Shown: positions 13,451-26,220 of the stretch, piece after piece
Position numbering within the stretch: the first letter of the stretch is position 1
Layout of the letters: each line of letters starts with the position of its first letter
Program-made: the position numbers and the translations under genes
The notes under the pieces: model-generated
Database searches by the model: none
Told to the model about the DNA's origin: nothing
What the model saw: only the letters and a program-made list of their open reading frames with translations
DNA from: Spongospora subterranea f. sp. subterranea
Lineage: Eukaryota
DNA: 62,562 bases
NCBI GenBank assembly: GCA_049724395.1
Contig: JAUGWO010000032.1
Coordinates: 1 to 62,562 of the forward strand
Direction: 5' to 3'

Positions 13451-14329
13451 AATCCAGCGTGTTTGAGCAAAAATCAGTTCCAAACAATGGGCGAAAATAC
13501 TTGGCTGAATCTAACTCGTTCCGCAAAACTTGATTCGGCTTCACAGAAATTCGGCGGTCGCTCGACCTGAAACGACTGAGGTAAATTAGAGAGTGTACGG
13601 CAGCGAATTCGCTCCCCGTCGTTAAATTGCAATATTGCAGTGAGAAATTCATTGGAATTGCTGATGTAATTGCAGAATTTTAAAAGGATGATATTAGGAG
13701 CGTTGGGGATTGGTTTAGCGGACAACTCGAATGAGGTAGGTGGCGTTATCTGATGCGAACGAATGGCTCGGTAATCGTTGGACGTTGACTGCGTTGGCCT
13801 GGCCGACGCTGTTCTGACAGGGCGTTGGAGAACCATCGTTTCCTTCAAACAACCTGAACGGAAGGCAAGTTTACTGCCAACGAGCGAGAAATTCTGATGA
13901 CCAGATGGGGTGACGCATATGAGAACCTAATCACGCGACGCCACAGCGAATTGTGACGAATGGACGTCTGTTGCGGATCGTCGGCCAGATCAACGCAATT
14001 CAAATTCAAGGATTACCCAAGCTACTCGTTTGCCACCGAGTCTTTGTGGCGTTCGTTGGAGATCCCATATTTACCAGCAAATGTTGCCCCAATGGTCCCG
14101 GTGGGGAACAACGAGACACAATTTCCGGCCGAACCCTGGATTGCTATGGCATTTTGAGTCGCTGAACCGTTTTGAGTCGCTGAACCGTTTAATCAAATTC
14201 AAACGGCGTCTTAACAACAAGGGTTTACTGTATATCGAGCGGTGCCAATTGGGGTGGACTAATCTGGGAACGTAGATCGGGGTGTGATTTAAACTGCCCA
14301 TTCCGTTCGGACCCTGGAACGGCATGTGA

Positions 14330-15444
14330 TAGCGCCATGTCGTGGCCAAGCGGTAGACCGTATCGGGATAGTACCGGGGTCACCCCCACGTCACGAGTGT
14401 CTTTTTGGAGCAGTTCGGGCAGTTGATATTATACGCGAAAGAATCTGTGATATTGCAGGGAGATGGATCAGGATTCCTCTCGTGATCCCATATCCTGAGA
14501 GAAATTTAGCCAAAACAAGGCGGATGGCCGCCAATTTACCTATGAAATATCGTAATAGATGCCCTTGCCGCTGACAAGATTTGACATACGTCTTAAGCTG
14601 GTGGTTGGCGTTGAACTGAGCTGGAGTTGATATCGCCAGGGCGTGACGAATTAAGGGGTCGTCCTTGGACATGGCGCAAAGATTGTCCATCTGGCGTATA
14701 ATAGATGACGATGACCCATCCCATACCGCCCCCGAGTACAGGCTCAGGGCGTAATGACCTGGGATCGAGTCCAGGGATGGGTCCTGCATCGCGCCAACAA
14801 CATCGGGGATCGTCCAACAACCGGAATAAGTTATGGGTTGATGAAGACGCCCTAGACCATGACCCGATAGCTCGTGAAGACCCTAGAACCGGGTTTCAGG
14901 AACCGGGTCCGGATATGGACGCCAAATTACCGATGAAATCTGACAGGCGATATCCTTCGGGCTCATGAACAGGATCGGGCTCGACAGGCTGAAGATGTAA
15001 TCGACACCTTCCAGGCCGTATTCATCACACAATCGTAGAGCGGCTGGCCTAATCCGTTGTCGAGCCCGACTTCTATCGGTCCCGTTATTCCCCAGCTGTT
15101 TCTGCGATTACGTTCAGACCGATTCCCAAAAGATGAGCGCGAACCCCAACCCGTCGGGTAGAGAATCCGATATGAATCCCTTGGCCATGGCGCTGTCCAT
15201 CTCTGGCCAGAATATTCAGACCACATCCACGATATATCCGGTATTGATTTGGGTTAACACAGGTGTCGCGAATCTGATCGGTCGTTAACGATGATAGGCG
15301 GGTATGAGGGTATACGATATCGGGTTGACGACCGCCCTTGCTCGCCAGGTATAGACGTCCGGCGTCACAGTTGTTGACCCGTCGCCGATACAGGCGGTGG
15401 ACGTGGGCCTGGCGCCGGCGTGATATAACGGAGGATAGCGCCAT
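14330..15444 (-). pseudogene. Gene-like GC-richer segment of unknown product (spliced gene or pseudogene)
   Basis: Successive minus-strand ORF pieces (MALSSVISRR.., EMDSAMAKGFISDSLPDGLGFALIFWES, MQDPSLDSIPGHYALSLYSGAVWDG..) separated by stops; no family recognised. Confidence 0.2.
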
Positions 15445-17528
15445 GGGCTTGGTTAGGGTTCTGCGCAAAACCGGTGTCGCTTTATCGTGAAAATCAATGG
15501 CGCGTGATTTTGAACTGATCTATTATCGATGTTTTTGGAATTGAAAAAAACCGTTAACTTCTTGCTTAGGGGTTGATTGTATAGGACGTGGGAGATATCA
15601 AAAGAAGAGCTACGAATCAATCGGAATTGATCGATGATTGTTTTTCAGTTCGCCTTGGAATGTCTCCATTGTCTTCGGGGATGTACGTCCTTTTTCCGGT
15701 TTCGCCAATCCATCCACGCTGACGAACCCAACCGATGTCTTCACCACCACTTCCCATTCGTAATCATGTCAAAGAGAGGTTGTAAACTCGCCCTCTGGTG
15801 TGTTTCAAGTTCGGAATCACGATATCCCTTGCCTGCATGGGCGCTTGTCAATCCAAATCAGCAGATCACTTGACTGTGGGCGCTTGTATTGATCGGCTGG
15901 TTGAGATAAGGTTTCAACATCAGGGGATGGATATCAGGAACAAGATCGTGGAACACGAGTCGACGACTTGAGACCTGTTGTCGAATTGTCATATTTAACA
16001 GCCTGTACGACTTGAACCAGAGTGGCGATGTACAAATCGTCAAGCGTCCCATTCTCCCTCTGCACGAACCGCTACACGATCACTGTCGGTTTGCAATTCT
16101 TGCATCGATATTCATACATCAGTTGACCTCAGTAGTAGAATCTAGTCGAGTCTTTGATGCCTTCAATATGGTGGATGCAAAACGTGTTGGTAAAAAACCA
16201 CAGTCAACAGCACCGCTTTCATCGCTTTGTCAGAAAAGGACACATCACCTGTCGAAACCGGAGTTAGGTGACTAGGTCGCCATCGCTTACAATCTTCAAC
16301 GACATCCGCGTCAAGCAAACGCAATCAAGGTGGTCCACGATCATGTTTTCACGGTGACGAACTTGATATCACACGAATGTGACGACGTTCGTGCTCATGG
16401 CATAAAATGACAGTTTCATGATTATCACGTCCCAACTACCTCAAACCATTGCTCTTACACTGCCAACTTCATACGATTGAAGTTCCCAGATCTTCGTCAG
16501 ATATGCCATTTCTGGCAACCGCAAACTATGTACGTGTCCGGTGGAACGAAGGTTTTTTTGGAGCCTCTCGATCTCATCCGTATATCGAATGTGTCACAGT
16601 TTTCGCTGGCCGGTCATCCGATATTCTTGCTGACATTCCCTCAAAAGCATGGGTGAACGACACGAAAGCGTCAACGCCCGTTTTTTCGCACATTGGGCAT
16701 GGATTGTTTCGCCATGAAATAAACTTCCATTCGGTTGTTTTTACCTCCATTGTACTGAGTCGTCGTGTACCTTGTGGGGTGTTATGACTTTGTCAATCAA
16801 GTTGGTCTGAACCCGGGAAATGCCAATAATCCTCACATGCATCAAGAGTAAAAAACCAGGACGAAACACAAAAATGTAGTGCCCCAGTTGAAGATAGGGC
16901 AGCAGCGGAAACTGCTGAAGGTTGGAGACACTTGTCCAATGGGATCATCACCATTCTTGGTTTCGTCTCCCCATTTACCACCAACGCCGGTAGATCAAAA
17001 CAGGACTGGTAGTTGCGATAGACAAGAGATTGCATCGTGTTAGCGCCTACACACTAAAACGTCTGCAGATATCCAGAGGGGTCAATCGAGACGTACGTTG
17101 TGGTTTCGCAAAAATCCGAGCGGAATCCGGCGATGAAACTAGCTCCAACCTGGACAGGCGGATCTCTTTCAGATAAACGATAACAAAACACCAAGATTTT
17201 CGGAAAGCTCAAGCGGAGCACCCGGCTTTACAGTATATTGAACGCGATCATTGAAAACTTTTCGTAATTCAGAGCCATTACTGTCTGAGCTATGTACTCC
17301 CTTCAGTGCAATTTCGAGAATAACCGAACTTTTGAATACTGTTCTGTGTCTCTTTCCTGTCTCATTGGCTTCGAAAAGGCCAATCCGTCAATCAGCATAT
17401 TCACAAGCGCGAGTTATGACTTTGTATGAACAACGAATGCCGAGTTACAAGAACTTGGTTCTGTATGGTAATAATTGTAAATGGACGGAATAGGTTCATA
17501 AACAGAATTAGCAGCAGATATGCAGAAG

Positions 17529-19005
17529 TTACAGAGAGGCTTTGGCAAGCTTATCAGTAAAAAGGTTGCCAGCTCGAGAGAGAACTTGGGATTTGACAGG
17601 GTCCGAGAGCTCCATGACATATGGTTGAAGAGACGATGAAAACTCCTGACTGCTCTCACACGGGATTACGGTTGGGAGATGATCAATTGCGATCACGTCT
17701 AACGATCTGGACCCATCGATATCGACACGAAGCACTGGATCGACTAGGGTCGTGCCTGATGAGTAAACTAGGAGAGAAAGCGAACAGTTAGAATGAGAAC
17801 AGTAGCGGCAACTCAAATAAGGTACTGGGGAATGGATTATTGGGGTTGGTGTAATCACAGGATACGTCCACAAACACGGATAAGCGGGACGAGGGGTCAG
17901 ACTTGAGCATGTTTCGGGTGAGGAAAGGAGGTATTTGGGTATCCCCTAGGCATATACAGTTGACCACAATATCCGCTGCAAGCAGTTCAGGAAAAGGTCC
18001 TCCTTGAGCAGTCTCGGCTACATCCCAAAGCGATAATGAGGATGATAGGCCCAGCAGACCAGCCATCATTTCGGCACCTTCTCCACATCGTCTGTACAAA
18101 GAGCGCCATCAAATGGCGAGATTGCTGGTAGAGAGACGTGTCAAGACTGACCCTAGTGCGCCAATTATAACCACCTTGGTTGGCAAAACCATGCGGGTGA
18201 AGTGACCAGCAACATATGAGGCAAGATCTTGGGATGATTTGAAACTCGTAACAGGGGTCATGGGCAGGCCTTTTTGTTTGAGGGCGTAACAGAGTACTCC
18301 TATAGACATAAATTGGATAAATAAGCATTGTTCCACTTCAACTAAATTGTATATACCTAACGCCATCCCGACAATTCCTGCAGCTCGTCCAAACGCAGCC
18401 ACACGGCGGCCACTATTGTCCGTCAGATATTCAAGATCCCAAAGATATCCTCCACCTAACCTCATCAGTGTTAGAATACATGTTCTTATAAATAACAACA
18501 ATAGCATGGACCTTGCGCGAAACGCGACAATAAAGATTTCCAACCAGTTTGATTCTTGAAAGCGTGAGCAAAGTACATATGACGATGGACAAGCGCAAAT
18601 GATGAATGTACAGTTGGAAGTGCACCTTCCACGGTTAATGATGATTTCGTGTCGTCAACTTCAGGAAGTTCTTTCAACCCTAAATGATGAACACTCAGCA
18701 ACACGGTAGAACGAAATACAAAGAAAAAGGATGACCCAAAATGATAGCGGAATGAGGCGCGGTATTCCATGACCCAGAGTCAACCTAATATTCAGTTAGA
18801 GTTATATTAAACAAGTAACCAACACCACCACCATTGTGCAGCCAATATCGGAAAATTCCGCATCGGGAAAGCATCGAGTTGATGATTCTTTCGACAGTAA
18901 CCCGGAAACCCGCATTCAACAGCGGCACGATATCATTGGGGACAAGCGGCGACCGCTCCTCACCAGATTTGGATTCAGCTCGAATCCATAAATGGGGTCC
19001 CAAAA
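17529..19005 (-). CDS. LYS1: Saccharopine dehydrogenase (NAD+, L-lysine-forming) moiety
   Basis: HLWIRAESKSGEERSPLVP, LGLKELPE, HMYFAHAFKNQTGW, LWDLEYLTDNSGRRVAAFG, IGALGRCGEGA, GGPFPELLAADIVVNCI, VDVSCDYTNPNNPFPIY, AIDHLPTVIPCESSQEFS; no in-frame ATG of its own. Confidence 0.93.
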
Positions 19006-20864
19006 CTAAGTAAAACTTGAATCTTCGCCCATCATCGAGAAATTAGATTACCTTTATCAGAAAACTTCACTCCCAATTCTTCCATTTCATTCAAGATAAG
19101 ATTGTACACCTCGGGGTCTACGGGGCGCTTCACGCCACTCGAACATTGCAATCGTCCTTCCAAAAGGGCTCTCTGCGTCAAGGGATCAACAAATACAAAT
19201 TTCTCATGGTCACAAACGTGCACTGACAATTGCACATGCAAGAGGAAGGCTGACAGTGCGCGCCATCGATGATTCGCCAGTAGGTTGAAGACCAACATCT
19301 ACTAATGTTGAGACAATGGTCTCACGAACACTAGAAGAATATTGCACTTCAAACCTATTGATGATTCTCTCAGAGATCCAGTATGCACAAATCAAGAAGC
19401 CATACTCGTGTTTCATGACGATCATATCTCGCTCATTAGGAGCATACAGCATCTTAGACTGCATGAGAGCGCACATGAAGTCCAAAGGAGAACCAACATT
19501 ATCTAACAGGCTAGATACAGATTGATCAAATATGCCAAGCCTGAACATCGATTGCTTAGATTAACGCGGCCTTTGCAGCATGGGAAAAATTTGTACCATG
19601 ACAACTGCCGCAAGACTGGGTCGTCCCCATTGACCTTCAAGGTATCAATAACATACTGCTGTGGAGTTAAACCCTCTTGACATTGAAGAAAGTGTGCGGT
19701 CATGGCCAACGGCGACCTCGACCCATTATATGGCGAACAGGTCTGTGAATTTAGTCCCAAAGACCCAATCGCCTAGAAAGAGCAGATTGACACGATGCAA
19801 CTGTCGAAGCTAAATTTATACCTTCATTAGCTTCGACCAACCTGAATAGCGATAGGTTCCCCGAACAATTGTCTTGATGTCGCTTCCAAGCGAATATATT
19901 GGCAAATATTTGACGGAGTCACGATTGAGGTACCTGGGAAACTAAAATTAGTGAATGAATCATGACAACATCGGAATCCAACCATTCCAGTTCAACAGAT
20001 TGACCATTAATATCAACAACGTCACTGAATACGTTCGCAGAGGAGAACAACTCCTGTCCTGGAATCTGAATTTCCACACCGTTTGAAAGAAAACGAGCAT
20101 CGTTAGAACTGGCCAGAAGGACTCCTGTGCAATTAGTAAAAAGGTGGAGTACAATGAAAAAAGCGATTGGCAGCACCTCGAGGGCTCCAGCTCAGCTTAT
20201 ACCCTAACGGGTTGTTGTTGCTTTCTATGGATGGCAGCCCTCCACAAACCGAACGAAATGAAACGACCTTGCCGTTGCGTGATTGGACACTGTGAATGAT
20301 ACGCATAGCGGACATATGATCGAGACCCGGATCGACACCACATTCGTTCAGGAACACTAAGTTTTGTCTAGACACCTAAACAATTTCAGACACCGCAAAC
20401 TGAAGTATGGGTATAGTTTAAAACTAACCTGATCATCTAGCGCCATCATAGAATCCGAAACATAAGACGTGGTGAAGAAATTGACGTTTTCATTAAGAGC
20501 AACAGTAGCAGCATTTGTATGGTATATGTAAGGTAAAAAGGGAAACAATTATTTTGATCGGTCTAGATATTCATAAAAGAGATAGAATTCATTTCAGACA
20601 AGATATACGGTGACAGTCCGTGACGTACATTTTTGCAGATCGAATAATATTGACCAAGCCAGTCATGTTTTCTTCGGCATCCTTAACAATGTCATATTCT
20701 ACCACCTGAACGGATTTATGGGAAGCCGCTTTAAACGTTGTACGGGTTGCGACGATTGTCGGAATGCTGTGGTCCACTGACAGGTATTGAATCAACGGGC
20801 CTGATACCAGGCCGCAGCCAAGAATGAGGACGGACTGATTTCCGGTCGAGAACGGCGGCGACAT
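17529..20864 (-). CDS. Bifunctional saccharopine enzyme: N-terminal Lys9-type saccharopine reductase fused to C-terminal Lys1-type saccharopine dehydrogenase (multi-exon)
   Basis: ATG 20864 (MSPPFSTGNQSVLILGCGLVSG); both domains complete; in-frame GT-AG intron 19051-19006 joins ..GVKFSDK to VLGPHLWIRAESK; stop at 17529; two single-base frame breaks (~20537, ~18890). Confidence 0.8.
19006..19051 (-). other. Predicted 46-nt phase-1 intron joining the Lys9 and Lys1 moieties
   Basis: Minus strand GATAAAG|gtaatc...ttttacttag|TTTTGGGACCC; splicing gives GAT AAA GTT TTG GGA CCC (DKVLGP) and removes the stop at 19032-19034. Confidence 0.8.
19052..20864 (-). CDS. LYS9: Saccharopine dehydrogenase (NADP+, L-glutamate-forming) / saccharopine reductase moiety
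   Basis: VLILGCGLVSGP, IVSLLPYIYH, TTSYVS, NECGVDPGLDHMSAM, SFRSVCGGLP, NNPLGYKLSWSPRGVLLA, YLNRDS, RGTYRYSGW, ERDMIVMKHEF, SSMARTVSLP. Confidence 0.93.
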
Positions 20865-20978
20865 TGAGTTCGGATTGATGAGAGCGGTTGCTGATGAACA
20901 ATACGCTTTAGATTGACAATATGCGACACCGTGCACTGTACTGTACCAAACGCGAGCACAACCGTTCGGGCTCGGCCC

Positions 20979-23153
20979 TCAAACGGACGATCCTTCCAGT
21001 GTAGAGTGCTCACTGCGCCATTGTTGCAGAAATTCTAATTTTAGATCCAGTGGATGCGTCACGATCGGCAGACCCAGCAGTGTACACTGTACAAAGGCAA
21101 AGACTGGCAAGAAAGGGCCCCGTCATCCGATCCGAACCTCAAATTCAGTGTTCTGGAACATTACTTCACTTTGTAATATCTGGTCAGAGACACACGACAT
21201 CGAACCGAGGAGAAATTTCTCTGCGAAAGCTTTACACAGTAAACTACAGTATATCGTGACGAAGCCATGTGCATTCATCGATACGAAAACGACAGGACGT
21301 CTTTGAAAACTCTTAAGCAGGTCTGGTTCTTTGAGAATTGCCAATCCTGATAGAGATTACAGAATATTTCATTCGCCATGCGGCTATAATATCGATAAGT
21401 CAAATATTTATCAAACGACTTCTGTAAAAACGAATATTATTAACAGTGTTGAAGAGTGCCATATCTGGAACGACGCCACGCTTCGTAGTTAGTTCATCAA
21501 AGAACATCCGCGCGATATCCGACATGTTTGCCAGCTCCAACGCAATCAATATCGATGGGATCGCAAACATGGGGGGCAAATGGGATGGCAGTCGATACGA
21601 TAGTGCATATGCCATTAATGCCAGGCGAGCACCGCGCCCCCTTTCGGCAAATGTCAGAATGGCAAACATTGTCGTGTCTAGTGACCACTTAACCTGTTGG
21701 CATCTCTCCCACATGCAAGTGCTAAAATGGAGATTGTGTAATGATCACAGATATCTGTCGACCCTTTCCATAAACGGAATGTTCGGCTAAACCAAAAAAA
21801 TTGGTCGAATTTCAAACATTAACGGGGAAATGAAAATTACAGTGAATTGCCTAGCGTTGCACTTGGTGTCATGAGCGTGTTGATGGTGCATAAATCTATG
21901 GGAACCCTAGAATTATCGAGAAGTGAAAGAGCAGCAGTAAGGTCATTTTTGAGACGGAATGAATGAAGCAGTATGTTAAGGGTTCTCGTTGAACATGGCG
22001 ATTCACGAAGGACGCGCGAAATTAGGTCCTGACACTCTGGATAATGAAGAATCAATAACTGTAGAACGATTTCAGGGAATCCCGGAGAGAATCGCCGAGG
22101 CAGGCACTCTAAGATTGTGGACGGAGGTTGCCTTGTGGTAATCAATGCCAATAACCAAACGTCTTCTGCAATCGATAATGTGTGGGCGTGGTCATCCGCT
22201 CCCCCGTTATTTATCCCGCAAGCAACAATGAAAGCGGATATCAACTGAAGAGTAACCGCCGGGGCGGCAGGCAACGTTGACAGCGTCGATGGTGGACGAA
22301 GTCCGACTGGAACTACACTGCAACGATACAGCGTCAATAAGGTCGATGAATGCGGGACGATGGATCGACGCAACGCATATGAAACCCATGCCTGATAAGC
22401 AACAGATTAATTGGTAGTGCGGCCCATTGCTGAATGAACCACACCCATGCAAATCTATGACGACTACATTGTAGCGACGCTCGTACAACGATATCGAGCA
22501 TGTAGGAATCGTGACCGAATTTATACCACTTGTACCATTTCAAAATGTCGGATAATCTGCCCTGACCCCGAACCGTCATCAAAAACAAACGTCGGAGATC
22601 GTGGGACGAAACCAACCTGCCTGGCTAAGGCCCGCATTGCACTATGAACCGTTTGTTGATCAACTAGAGCTGGAGGGACATGACGAAGAAGGTCAATGGC
22701 GTTGTCCACCATTCCGCGTTTCAGTTTGAATTTGGCAATGGGGAGAAGCAGCACTGAAGGACCGTTTCTTGCAATTTCTAAAGCATCATCCTATGCCATA
22801 TCGGTGTCATTCGAAGAAACAAGAAATTGCACGATCGCACATCTTGACGAAGCTGTAGGCGAAGATGAATCATAGCAGAGAGCAGCCTTGTTGGAACCAA
22901 TTCCCGACGGGGATGAGAATTTATCTGAGCATGTACGTTAGAAGTGCATCAACCATTCCATTGGACAGATTTGAACCTCAGCAAATAATTGCTCACATAG
23001 CAAATGGTGTTTATACCCACGCGATTGCAGAATATCCATTAATCGCGATACATTTTTTACATGTTCCAACAAGTTTGATGACGGTCTAGGCCATGTTTCT
23101 AGACCAGCAGTTTTGCATCTTCTCCCGATTATCGGAAAAACCAACCTGGGCAT
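20979..23153 (-). CDS. Pentatricopeptide-repeat (PPR) protein, multi-exon, probably mitochondrial
   Basis: PPR-like helices: SAMRALARQ|GRLSDILKWY, TRTLNILLHSFRLKNDLTAALSLL, DLCTINTLM, ARMFFDELTTKRGVVPDMALFNT; GT-AG introns join the ORF pieces; basic N-terminus MPRLVFPIIGRRCK; both ends approximate. Confidence 0.7.
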
Positions 23154-24340
23154 CCTAAATGGTAGATCAGGCAGACAGACCAGGTGCAATCGATCATGAT
23201 GCGTTGCGCCATTCAGCCATGTCGTCGGTGGCTGCGCCCCAGTACACTTTCCAGTCACGATTATGGCTGCAGCGACCGGTCGAGTGAGACGGATAACACG
23301 CCATGGCTGATAATCACGATGTCGAGCACATTAGGAGCAGGGAGAAACTGTTTTTGCAGTTTTTTGACCTTTTTGATCAACTTCGACTGCTGCGACAGCA
23401 ATTTCATGGCCTGATTGCTAGGGTAAAAACAGTTTTGCCCATTGTACAGTCGCTTTTGTGAACGTTCTCGCTCAAATCAGGGATTTTTGTGTATGGCCAA
23501 GGAACGATATAAAGGCAGAATGGTTCTTCCTGACTTGAATGCTAGTGATTCTCCGTCAATGTACGTCATGTGAAATAATTGCACAATAATTTAACGTGCT
23601 GAACGCCACCAGAACTTATCCCGGTCACTCGGATACGAATACGAAAGGTTCCCACTCTAGTGAGCTACGACAACGGAAAAATAACGCAATCATATCGAAA
23701 AATCATACTCAAGTAGCGCAAGGAAATAATTGGCAAACAATGGTTTCCTGTTTTAGTCAAGGTTCTCCTGTTCCTTCACATCGTTGTTGTTAGTCATCGC
23801 TAATAATCTGCACAGCAGTAAAATTGGCTATGGATATGGCCTCAGTAGAGATTGCTTTGTTTCACGTTCAAAAGCAATTCGACAAGGACAATGGAAATCT
23901 CATCGGTGAATGAGTTATTTTTATCGAATCCTTCATGCACTCATAGTTCAGACAAGCTTTTTGTCGTCGATCAATGTAATCCTCGTTATTACAAATCGCC
24001 GAACCATTTTCAAATATAATATTAATCGCTCGGTTTCAAATAAAAAAACAGGATTATTTATTGTTTGTTTGAGGGCGTAAATCCATGCGACGATCATGCG
24101 GATTCGCCCACTGCCCACAGTCGAGGGGGCTGGTATGCCGCAGTCCGTGACAGTGTTGGCCACCCACGACCACTCTGCGACTCCGGAGTGTATCATGTAC
24201 CTGATTGCAACTCGGACTAATGTATCATGACCGATCCCGTTCCGGAACCTCATCACCAGACTGGTGACTTGAACCTCATTGGCGGTGACGACTACACTAC
24301 ACCTCATTAAATATTGCCGTGCTTGTCCAATACCGCTAAT

Positions 24341-25682
24341 ATGACTAAATCTGTCGAGACAATCGGTAGCTCGTATGGGGGCACGCATCATGTGCTCATA
24401 TCCGCCATGGGGACGGAGAAAAGACGCGCGCAAAGTTCCCAATCATGGAAAGATCATCTGAATGTGAACAATGCCAAGATTCTTTTTTACTTCCTACTTT
24501 GGTTTATTCTCAGCGTAATAATGGCCGGATTTTCTTGCCTCTTTCAATGAAATATTAACGCTCGTGTTATAGATTATATATAATAATTGCAACAAAAAGG
24601 CCACCAACGCTCTCAAGATGCCGTATCTGATTGCCAATTTCCAAATTTTTTGCGGGATCCCCATCATCGCGGTCTCCTGGTTATCAGGGCTTCGCAAAGT
24701 TCCTTCGATTTTCGATGGGCCGATATTTCTCCGTCTATGCGTCATTTCTGCTTTGCATTCTGGCTGCCATCTAGCTGGAGTTCTTAGCATGGGCGCAGGT
24801 GCTGTCTCGTTTGCCCATATCGTCAAGTTCTCATATATAACTCTGCATACATTCAACAGGTTCTTTGACATTTGCTATTTAGGGCTGGAGAACCCTTCTG
24901 CACTGCGATATTCTCGATAATCATCGTCAAGACATTCTATTCCTGGCAAGTGTATCTGACGCTGATTCCCGTTTGTGTTGGTGTCGCTGTTGCGTCAGCA
25001 TCTGAGGTACTTGAATTCCGTATTCATTTTCTACAGCTAATACCGAATCCGGCTGTAGTTGAACTTCTCCTGGCTGTCGTTCCTATGTGCTGTCGCATCT
25101 GCTGTTTTCGCTTCATTACGTGGCATATTATCCAAAGAATCACTGAAAACTTTTGCAGGAAGACACCTTCAAGCGCAAAACCTTTGTAAGTTATGCATGG
25201 GTTCAATACCTCATTGAATTAACTTGGATTGCAGATGCTGTATTAACCGTTATCTCATTCTTTGGATTGCTCATTCCCTGTTCGATAATCGATGGGCCTA
25301 TGTTTGCTGAAAAGTGGGGTGCTGCAATGGATAAGCCAGAGTACATGACCACACTCGTTCATTTAGTTGCCAGCGGTTTTGCGTATTTCCTGTATAACGA
25401 AGTCGCCTTTCTTGCCCTTGAAGCAGTCTCCCCAGTAACGCATGGTAAACAAATCTCGCAACCTGAATTGATCTGTTGAAGATGTCTAATAATGTTGTTT
25501 GTTTTACAGCTGTTGGAAGTACATTCAAACGTATATTTATCATTGGATCTAGCGTGATTTTCCTCGGCGAACCAATGTCCGTACCGGGCTGGATCGGGGG
25601 CACGACCGCCGTTCTTGGTGTTTTCGCATTTTCCATGGCCAAGAACAGATACAGCGCTGCATCGTCCAAGTCAGGCCATTAG
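24341..25682 (+). CDS. Triose-phosphate/phosphate translocator family transporter (TPT, DMT superfamily), 6 exons
   Basis: Spliced: YFLLWFILS|IIYNNCNKKA, GAGAVSFAHIVK|AGEPF, VYLTLIPVCVGVAVASASE|LNFSW, ASLRGILSK, FLYNEVAFLAL..VSPVTH|AVGSTFKR; five GT-AG introns keep frame. Confidence 0.9.
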
Positions 25683-25736
25683 ATTTATCGAAGGACTAGA
25701 GTACTCTAAATTCAGAATTTACCAATATACTCCCAG

Positions 25737-26030
25737 TTAGAATGTCCCACAGTTTTACGGCTTGAAATCTCTTACAGTTATTATGTAACCCCGCTATAAT
25801 GCCGTCGAATTTAGGAGGTCCCACGGTTTTACAGTACAGTTATTATGTAACCCCGCTATAATGCCGTCGAATTTAGGAGGTCCCACGGTTTTACAGTACA
25901 GTTACTATGTAACCCCGTTATAATGCCGTCCAATTTAGGAGGTCCCACGGTTTTACAGTACAGTTATTATGTAACCCCGCTATAATGCCGTCCAATTTAG
26001 AATGTCCCATAGTTTTACAGTTTGATATCT
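25737..26030. repeat. 62-bp minisatellite, ~4.5 copies
   Basis: Unit GTCCCACGGTTTTACAGTACAGTTATTATGTAACCCCGCTATAATGCCGTCGAATTTAGGAG starting at 25818, 25880, 25942, with a longer variant at 25744 and a partial at 26004. Confidence 0.95.
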
Positions 26031-26220
26031 CAATCTGCTGATCTGCTCTACTCCGAATGTAACATGGGCCATATCGTGCTGAACCGCTGCTGTGTATTTT
26101 TTGTTGAGATATCTCGTAACGAACGAGTGGTTGGACGGCTGTGTGTGTGGCCGCGCTCTGACTGACTTTACACCTGAGGAAGTTCAGTATCTCCCTCATT
26201 CGGTAAACCTTTAACACGCG

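Noticed and set aside
14152..14190. 18-bp tandem duplication TTTTGAGTCGCTGAACCG
   Set aside because: Two copies only; ordinary slippage
15560..17100. Crinkler-like effector pseudogene
   Set aside because: Impression only; no diagnostic LFLAK/HVLV or P-loop motif found
18785..19003. Independent LYS1 gene starting at TTG 19003
   Set aside because: No ATG, essentially no room for a promoter after the Lys9 stop, and a good splice acceptor sits at 19006
21123..21344. SMR domain at the PPR C-terminus
   Set aside because: Only VSMNAHGF loosely recalls LDLHG; the rest of the motif is not evident
23948..24871. Minus-strand ORFs of 164 and 125 aa
   Set aside because: Overlap the TPT gene antisense; no recognisable motifs
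25737..26030. CRISPR-like array
   Set aside because: Units are contiguous with no unique spacers, and the context is eukaryotic
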